Below are positions 56,501 to 64,000 of a stretch of DNA of 64,000 bases, in pieces (positions within the stretch are counted from its first letter, which is position 1; each line of letters begins with the position of its first letter). Origin of the DNA: the human T2T-CHM13v2.0 reference genome, Homo sapiens; NCBI RefSeq assembly GCF_009914755.1, contig NC_060933.1. One strand, given 5' to 3'. The position numbers were made by a program, and so were the translations under genes. Under the pieces are notes generated by a model. The model saw nothing but the letters and a program-made list of their open reading frames with translations. It had not been told where the DNA came from and searched no databases.

Positions 56501-59500
56501 GAATGGAATGGAATGGAATGGAATGGAATGGAATTAACCCCAATAGAATGGAATGGAATGGAATGGAACGGAACGGAATGGAATGGAATGGAATTGAATG
56601 GAATGGAATAAACCCGAGTGCAATGGAATGGAGTGGAATGGAATGGAATGGAATGGAACAACCCGAATGGAATGGAATGTAATGGAGAGTAAGGGAGTTG
56701 AATAGAATCAATCCGAATGTAATGGAATGGAATGGAACGGAATGGAATTGAATGGAATGGAATGGAATGGAATCAACCCGAGTGCAATGGAATGGAGAGG
56801 AATGGAATGGAATGGAATGGAAACTACCCGAATGGAATGGAATGTAATGGAGTGTAAGGGAATTGAATAGAATCAATCCGAATGTAATGGAATGGAATGG
56901 AATGGAATGGAATGGAATGGAATGGAATGGAATGGAATGCAATGGAATGGAATCAACCCGAGTGCAATCGAATGGAATCGAATGGAATGGAATGCAATGG
57001 AATGGATTCAACTTGAATGGAATGGAAAGAATGGAATCAACACGAGTGGAATGGCATGGATTGGAATGGAATGGAATGGAATCAACCCGAGTACAGGGGA
57101 ATGGAATGGAATGGAATGCAATGGAATGGAATCATCCGTAATGGAATGGAAAGGAATGGAATGGAATGGAATGGAATGGAATGGAATGGAATGGAATCAA
57201 CTCGATTGCAATCGAATGGAATGGAATGGAATTAACCCGAATAGAATGGAATGGAATGGAATGGAACGCAACGGAATGGAATGGAATGGAACGGAATGGA
57301 ATGGAATGGAACAGAACGGAATGGATGGAATGGAATGGAATGGAATGGAATGGAATCAACGCGAGTGCAGGGGAATGGAATGGAATGGAATGCAATGGAA
57401 TGGAATCTTCCGGAATGGAATGGAATGGAATGGAATGGAATGGAATGAAATGCAATGGATTCAACTCGATTGCAATGGAATGGAATAGAATGGAATGGAA
57501 TGGAATGGAATGGAATGGAATTAACCCGAATAGAATGGAATGGAATGGAATGGAACGGAATGGAACGGAATGCAATGGAATGGAATGGAATGGAATGGTA
57601 TGGAATGGAATGGAATGGTACGGAATAGAATGGAATGGAACGAATTGTAATGGAATGGAATTGAATGGAATGAAATGGAATGGAATGGAATGGAATGGAA
57701 TCAACGCGAGTGCAGGGGAATGTAATGGAACGAAATGCAATGGAATGGAATCATGCGGAATGGAATGGAATGGAATGGAATGGAATGGAATGGAATCAAC
57801 CCGAGTGCAATGGAATGGAGTGGAATGGAATGGAATGGAATGGAACAACCCGAATGGAATGGAATGTAATGGAGAGTAAGGGAGTTGAATAGAATCAATC
57901 CGAATGTAATGGAATGGAATTCAATGGAATGGAAAGGAATGGAATGGAATGGAAAGGAATGGAATGGAATGGAATGGAATGGAATGCCTTCAAACCGAAT
58001 GTAATGGAAAGGAATGGAATCAACACGAGTGGAATGGAATGGAATGGAATGGAATCGAATGGAATGGAATAATATGGAATAGAATGGAATGGAACGAAAT
58101 GGAATGGAACGAAATGGAATGGAATGGAATGGAATGGAATGGAATGGAATGATACGGAATAGAATGGAATGGAACGAAATGGAGTGGAATGGAATGGAAT
58201 GGAATGAAATGGAATGGAATGGAATCGTTCCTAGTGGAATAGGAGGGAATGTATTCGAGTGGAATGGAAAGGAATGGTATCAACCAGAGTGGAATGGAAG
58301 GGAATGGAATGGAATGGAAACTAATAGAATGGAATCAACCCGAGTGGAATGGAATGGAAAGGACTGGAATGGAATGGAATGGAATGGAATCAACTCGATT
58401 GTAATGGAATGGAATGGAATGGAATGGAATGGAATGGAATGGAATTAACCCGAATACAATGGAATGGAATGGAATGGAATGGAATGGAGTGGAATGGAAT
58501 GGAATCAACCCGAGTGCAGGGTAATGGAATGGAATGGAATGCAATGGAATGGAATCATCCGGAATGGAATGGAATGGAATGGAATGCAAAGCAATGGAAT
58601 CAACTCGATTGCAATGGAATGGAATGGAATGGAAAGGAATACATTGGAATCAACCCGAGTGGAATGGAATGGAAAGGACTGGAATGGAGTGGAATGGAAT
58701 GGAATGGAATGGAATGGAAACAACTCGATTGGAATGGAATGGAATGGAATGGAATGGAATTAACCCGAATAGAATGGAATTGAATGGAATGGAAAGGAAC
58801 GGAATGGAATGGAATGGAATGGAATGGAATGGAATCAACCCGACTGCAGGGGAATGGAATGGAATGGAATGCAATGGAATGGATTCAACTTCAATGGAAT
58901 GGAAAGAATGGAATCAACACGAGTGGAATGGCATGGATTGGAATGGAATGGAATGGAATTAACCCGAGTACAAGGGAATGGAATGGAATGGAATGCAATG
59001 GAATGGAATCATCCGTAATGGAATGGAAAGGAATGGAATGGAATGGAATGGAATGGAATAGAATGGAATGGAATCAACTCGATTGCAATCGAATGGAATG
59101 GAATGGAATTAACCCGAATAAAATGGAATGGAATCGAATGGAACGGAACGGAACGGAATGGAATGGATTGGAATGGAATGGAATGGAATGGAACGGAATG
59201 GAATGGAATGGAATGGAATGGAATCAACGCGAGTGCAGGGGAATGGAATGGAATGGAATGCAATGGAATGGAATCTTCCGGAATGGAATGGAATGGAATG
59301 GAATGGAATGGAATAAACCCGAGTACAATGGAATGGAGTGGAATGGAATGGAATGGAATGGAACAACCCGAATGGAATGGAATGTAATGGAGAGTAAGGG
59401 AGTTGAATAGAATCAATCCGAATGTAATGGAATGGAATGGAACGGAATGGAATTGAATGGAATGGAATGGAATGCAATGGAATGGAATCAACCCGAGAGC

Positions 59501-61576
59501 AATGGAATGGAGAGGAATGGAATGGAATGGAATGGAAACTACCCGAATGGAATGGAATGTAATGGAGGGTAAGGGAATTGAATAGAATCAATCTGAATCT
59601 AATGGAATGGAATGGAACGGAATGGAATGGAATGGAATGGAATGGAATGGAATGGAATGGAATGCAATGGAATGGAATGAACCCGAGTGCAATCGAATGG
59701 AATCGAATGGAATGGAATGCAATGGAATGGATTCAACTTGAATGGAATGGAAAGAATGGAATCAACACGAGTGGAATGGCATGGATTGGAATGGAATGGA
59801 ATGGAATCAACCCGAGTACAGGGGAATGGAATGGAATGGAATGCAATGGAATGGAATCATCCGTAATGGAATGGAAAGGAATGGAATGGAATGGAATGGA
59901 ATGGAATGGAATGGAATGGAATCAACTCGATTGCAATCGAATGGAATGGAATGGAATTAACCCGAATAGAATGGAATGGAATGGAATGGAACGGAACGGA
60001 ATGGAATGGAATGGAATGGAAAGGAATGGAACGGAACGGAACGGAATGGATGAAATGGAATGGAATGGAATGGAATGGAATCAAAGCGAGTGCAAGGGAA
60101 TGGAATGGAATGGAATGCAATGGAATGGAATCTTCCGGAATGGAATGGAATGGAATGGAATGGAATGAAATGCAATGGATTCAACTCGATTGCAATGGAA
60201 TGGAATAGAATGGAATGGAATGGAATGGAACGGAATGGAATTAACCCGAATAGAATGGAATGGAATGGAATGGAACGGAATGGAACGGAATGGAATGGAA
60301 TGGAATGGAATGGAATGGTATGGAATGGAATGGAATGGTACGGAATAGAATGGAATGGAACGAATTGTAATGGAATGGAATTGAATGGAATGGAATGGAA
60401 TGGAATGGAATCAACGCGAGTGCAGGGGAATGTAATGGAACGGAATGCAATGGAATGGAATCATCCGGAATGGAATGGAATGGAATGGAATGGAATGGAA
60501 TGGAATCAACCCGAGTGCAATGGAATGGAGTGGAATGGAATGGAATGGAATGGAACAACCCGAATGGAATGGAATGTAATGGAGAGTAAGGGAGTTGAAT
60601 ATAATCAATCCGAATGTAATGGAATTGGATGCAACGGAATGGAAAGGAATGGAATGGAATGGAATGGAATGCAATGGAATGGAGTCAACCCGAGTACAAT
60701 GGAATGGAATGGAATGGAATGGAATGGAATGGAATGGAATGGAATGGAATGGAATTAACCCGAATACAATGGAATGGAATGGAATGGAATGGAATGGAGT
60801 GGAATGGAATGGAATCAACCCGAGTGCAGGGTAATGGAATGGAATGGAATGCAATGGAATGGAATCATCCGGAATGGAATGGAATGGAATGGAATGCAAA
60901 GCAATGGAATCAACTCGATTGCAATGGAATGGAATGGAATGGAAAGGAATACATTGGAATCAACCCGAGTGGAATGGAATGGAAAGGACTGGAATGGAGT
61001 GGAATGGAATGGAATGGAATGGAATGGAAACAACTCGATTGGAATGGAATGGAATGGAATGGAATGGAATTAACCCGAATAGAATGGAATTGAATGGAAT
61101 GGAAAGGAACGGAATGGAATGGAATGGAATGGAATGGAATGGAATGGAATGGAATCAACCCGACTGCAGGGGAATGGAATGGAATGGAATGCAATGGAAT
61201 GGATTCAACTTCAATGGAATGGAAAGAATGGAATCAACACGAGTGGAATGGCATGGATTGGAATGGAATGGAATGGAATTAACCCGAGTACAAGGGAATG
61301 GAATGGAATGGAATGCAATGGAATGGAATCATCCGTAATGGAATGGAAAGGAATGGAATGGAATGGAATGGAATGGAATAGAATGGAATGGAATCAACTC
61401 GATTGCAATCGAATGGAATGGAATGGAATTAACCCGAATAAAATGGAATGGAATCGAATGGAACGGAACGGAACGGAATGGAATGGATTGGAATGGAATG
61501 GAATGGAATGGAACGGAATGGAATGGAATGGAATGGAATGGAATGGAATGGAATGGAATCAACCCGAGTGCAGGGG
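47544..61576 (+). repeat. ~14.03-kb HOR, copy 2
   Basis: Same markers as copy 1. Offset to copy 1 is 14043 through most of the unit and drops to 14033 after a two-pentamer contraction at ~59200 (ORFs 45545/59578 and 46027/60060). Confidence 0.9.
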
Positions 61577-64000
61577 AATGGAATGGAATGGAATGCAATG
61601 GAATGGAATCAACCCGAGTACAATGGAACGGAATGGAATGGAATGTAATGAAATGTAATGTAATGGAATGGAATGGAATGGAATCAACCCGAGTGCAATG
61701 GAATGGAGAGGAATGTATGGAATGGAATGGAAACTACCCGAATGGAATGGAATGGAATGGAGTGTAAGGGAATTGAATAGAATCAATCCGAATGGAATGG
61801 AATGGAATGGAAAGGAATGTAATGTAATGGAATGGAATGGAATCAACCCGAGTGCAGGGGAATGGAATGGAATGGAATGCAATGGAATGGAGTCATCCGG
61901 AATGGAATGGAATGGAATGCAATGGAATGGAATGGAATGGAATCAACCCGAGTGCAATGGAATGGAGTGAAATGGAATGGAATGGAATAGAGACAACCAG
62001 AATGGATTGGAATATAATGGAGTGTAAGGGAATTGAATAGAATCAATCTGAATGTAATGAAAGGGTATGGAACGGAATGGAATGGAATGGAATGAAATGG
62101 AATGCAATGGAATGGAATCAAAACGAGTGCAATCGAATGGAATCGAATGGAATGGAATGCAATGGAATGGATTCAACTTGAATGGAATGGAAAGAATGGA
62201 ATCAACACGAGTGGAATGGCATGGATTGGAATGGAATAGAATGGAATCAACCCGAGTATAAGGGAATGGAATGGAATGGAATGCAATGGAATGGAATCAT
62301 CCGTAATGGAATGGAAAGGAATGGAATGGAATGGAATGGAATGGAATGGAATGGAATGGAATCAACACGATTGCAATCGAATGGAATGGAATGGAATTAA
62401 CCCGAATAGAATGGAATGGAATGGAATGGAACGGAACGGAATGGAATGGAATGGAATGGAATGGAATGGAATGCAACGGAAAGGAAGGGAATGGAATGGA
62501 ATAGAATGGAATGGAATGGAATCAACGCGAGTGCAGGGGAATGGAATGGAATGGAATGCAATGGAATGGAATCTTCCGGAATGGAATGGAATGGAATGGA
62601 ATGGAATGGAATGGAATCAACCCGAGTGCAATGGAATGGAGTGGAATGGAATGGAATGGAATGGAACAACCCGAATGGAATGGAATGTAATGGAGAGTAA
62701 GGGAGTTGAATAGAATCAATCAGAATGTAATGGAATGGAATGAAACGGAATGGAATTGAATGGAATGGAATGGAATGCAATGGAATGGAATCAACCCGAG
62801 TGCAATGGAATGGAGAGGAATGGAATGCAATGGAATGGAAACTACCCAAATGGAATGGAATGTAATGGAGTGTAAGGGAATTGAATAGAATCAATCCGAA
62901 TGTAATGGAATGGTATGGAACGGAATGGAACGGAATGGAATGGAATGGAATGGAATGGAATGGAATGCAATGGAATGGAATCAACCCGAGTGCAATCGAA
63001 TGGAATCGAATGGAATGGAATGCAATGGAATGGATTCAACTTGAATGGAATGGAAAGAATGGAATCAACACGAGTGGAATGGCATGGATTGGAATGGAAT
63101 GGAATGGAATCAACCCGAGTACAGGGGAATGGAATGGAATGGAATGCAATGGAATGGAATCATCCGTAAAGGAATGGAAAGGAATGGAATGGAATGGAAT
63201 GGAATGGAATGGAATGGAATGGAATGGAATCAACTCGATTGCAATCGAATGGAATGGAATGGAATTAACCCGTATAGAATGGAATGGTACGGAACGGAAT
63301 GGAATGGAATGGAATGGAATGGAATTGAATGGAATGGAATGGAACGGAATCAACGCGACTGCAGGGGAATGGAATGGAATGGAATGCAATGGAATGGAAT
63401 CTTCCGGAATGGAATGGAATGGAATGGAATGGAATGAAATGCAATGGATTCAACTCGATTGCAATGGAATGGAATAGAATGGATTGGAATGGAATGGAAT
63501 GGAATTAATTCGAATAGAATGGAATGGAATGGAATGGAACGGAATGGAACGGAATGGAATGGAATGGAATGGAATGGAATGGTATGGAATGCAATGGAAT
63601 GGTACGGAATAGAATGGAATGGAAAGAATTGTAATGGAATGGAATTGAATGGAATGGAATGGAATGGAATGGAATCAACGCGAGTGCAGGGGAATGTAAT
63701 GGAACGGAATGCAATGGAATGGAATCATCCGGAATGGAATGGAATGGAATGGAATGGAATGGAATGGAATGGAGTGGAATCAACCCGAGAGCAATGGAAT
63801 GGAGTGGAATGGAATGGAATGGAATGGAACAACCCGAATGGAATGGAATGTAATGGAGAGTAAGGGAGTTGAATAGAATCAATCCGAATGTAATGGAATG
63901 GAATGCAACGGAATGGAATGGAATGGAATGCAATGGAATTGAATCAACCCGAGTACAATGGAATGGAATGGAATGGAATGGAATGGAATGGAATGGATTG
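61577..64000 (+). repeat. HOR copy 3 (partial, runs off the window end; carries B-type spacers after ~63.2 kb)
   Basis: ORFs 47635/61668, 48243/62276 and 48489/62522 are identical at +14033; CAACCCGAGTAC at 47577 recurs at 61610. Confidence 0.88.

Larger units (their letters stand above)
1..64000 (+). repeat. Human Satellite III (HSat3) array, (GGAAT)n with CAAC(C/A/G)CGAGT-type interruptions; G-rich strand on +
   Basis: Seen: GGAAT tandem pentamer from base 1 to 64000, with recurrent decamers CAACCCGAGT, CAACTCGATT, TAACCCGAAT and CATCCGGAAT, and no non-satellite stretch. Established: (GGAAT)n plus CAAC(C/A)CGAGT is the Satellite III signature, whereas HSat2 is dominated by CATTCGATTC-type units that are not the pattern here. 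Subfamily and chromosome (HSat3B-like, e.g. the 9q12 block) are inference only. Confidence 0.97.

Noticed and set aside
14-63933. Hundreds of ORFs of 60-436 aa on both strands
   Set aside because: All are MEWNG or FHSIP pentapeptide repeats overlapping in every frame, which is the arithmetic result of a stop-free 5-bp repeat. There is no domain-like or unique sequence, so none is called as CDS.
1-64000. CRISPR-like pattern of conserved words (CAACCCGAGT) separated by spacers
   Set aside because: The spacers are GGAAT repeats rather than unique sequences, their lengths are irregular, there are no cas genes, and the context is eukaryotic satellite.
1-64000. Strand inversion within the array
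   Set aside because: I saw no (ATTCC)n tract on the + strand; orientation is uniform throughout.
1-64000. G-quadruplex or telomere-like repeat
   Set aside because: G-runs are mostly GG, with isolated GGG or GGGG spaced far apart, and there is no TTAGGG array. Unusual (GGA)-type fold-backs of (TGGAA)n are a known generic property, not window-specific.
1-64000. EWS-FLI1 GGAA microsatellite, CENP-B boxes or DUX4 sites
   Set aside because: The repeat is GGAAT rather than consecutive GGAA, there is no alpha-satellite or 17-bp CENP-B box, and I recognised no TAAYYYAATCA match.
1-64000. Definite chromosome or subfamily assignment (e.g. chr9q12 HSat3B5)
   Set aside because: The word content is suggestive, but assignment needs k-mer comparison or mapping to a T2T reference, which I cannot run.

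Overview
The whole 64 kb window is one uninterrupted, single-orientation array of the (GGAAT)n pentamer. It is punctuated by diagnostic variant words (CAACCCGAGT, CAACTCGATT, TAACCCGAATAGAAT, CATCCGG, GCAGGGG), which identifies it as human/great-ape Satellite III (HSat3) pericentromeric heterochromatin with the G-rich strand on +. I see no genes, RNA genes, transposons or unique sequence. Every ORF in the track is an automatic product of the pentamer (poly-MEWNG on +, poly-FHSIP on -). The real structure is higher-order. (1) The left ~33.5 kb is an older mosaic of diverged duplications with offsets of ~1.75, 1.95, 3.9, 7.1, 7.8 and 8.0 kb. (2) From ~33.5 kb there is a young, nearly identical ~14,043-bp higher-order repeat (2 full copies plus a partial third) built from ~5.9 + 5.8 + 2.3 kb subunits. 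(3) The third copy switches from A-type to B-type subunit spacers at ~63.2 kb, which looks like an unequal-crossover junction. (4) A single CATCC>CTTCC variant creates 32 perfect nGAAnnTTCnnGAAn heat-shock elements, about 1.8x denser in the young repeat. I found no new protein-coding system. All coordinates and counts were read by eye and from identical ORF-track entries, not from an alignment.
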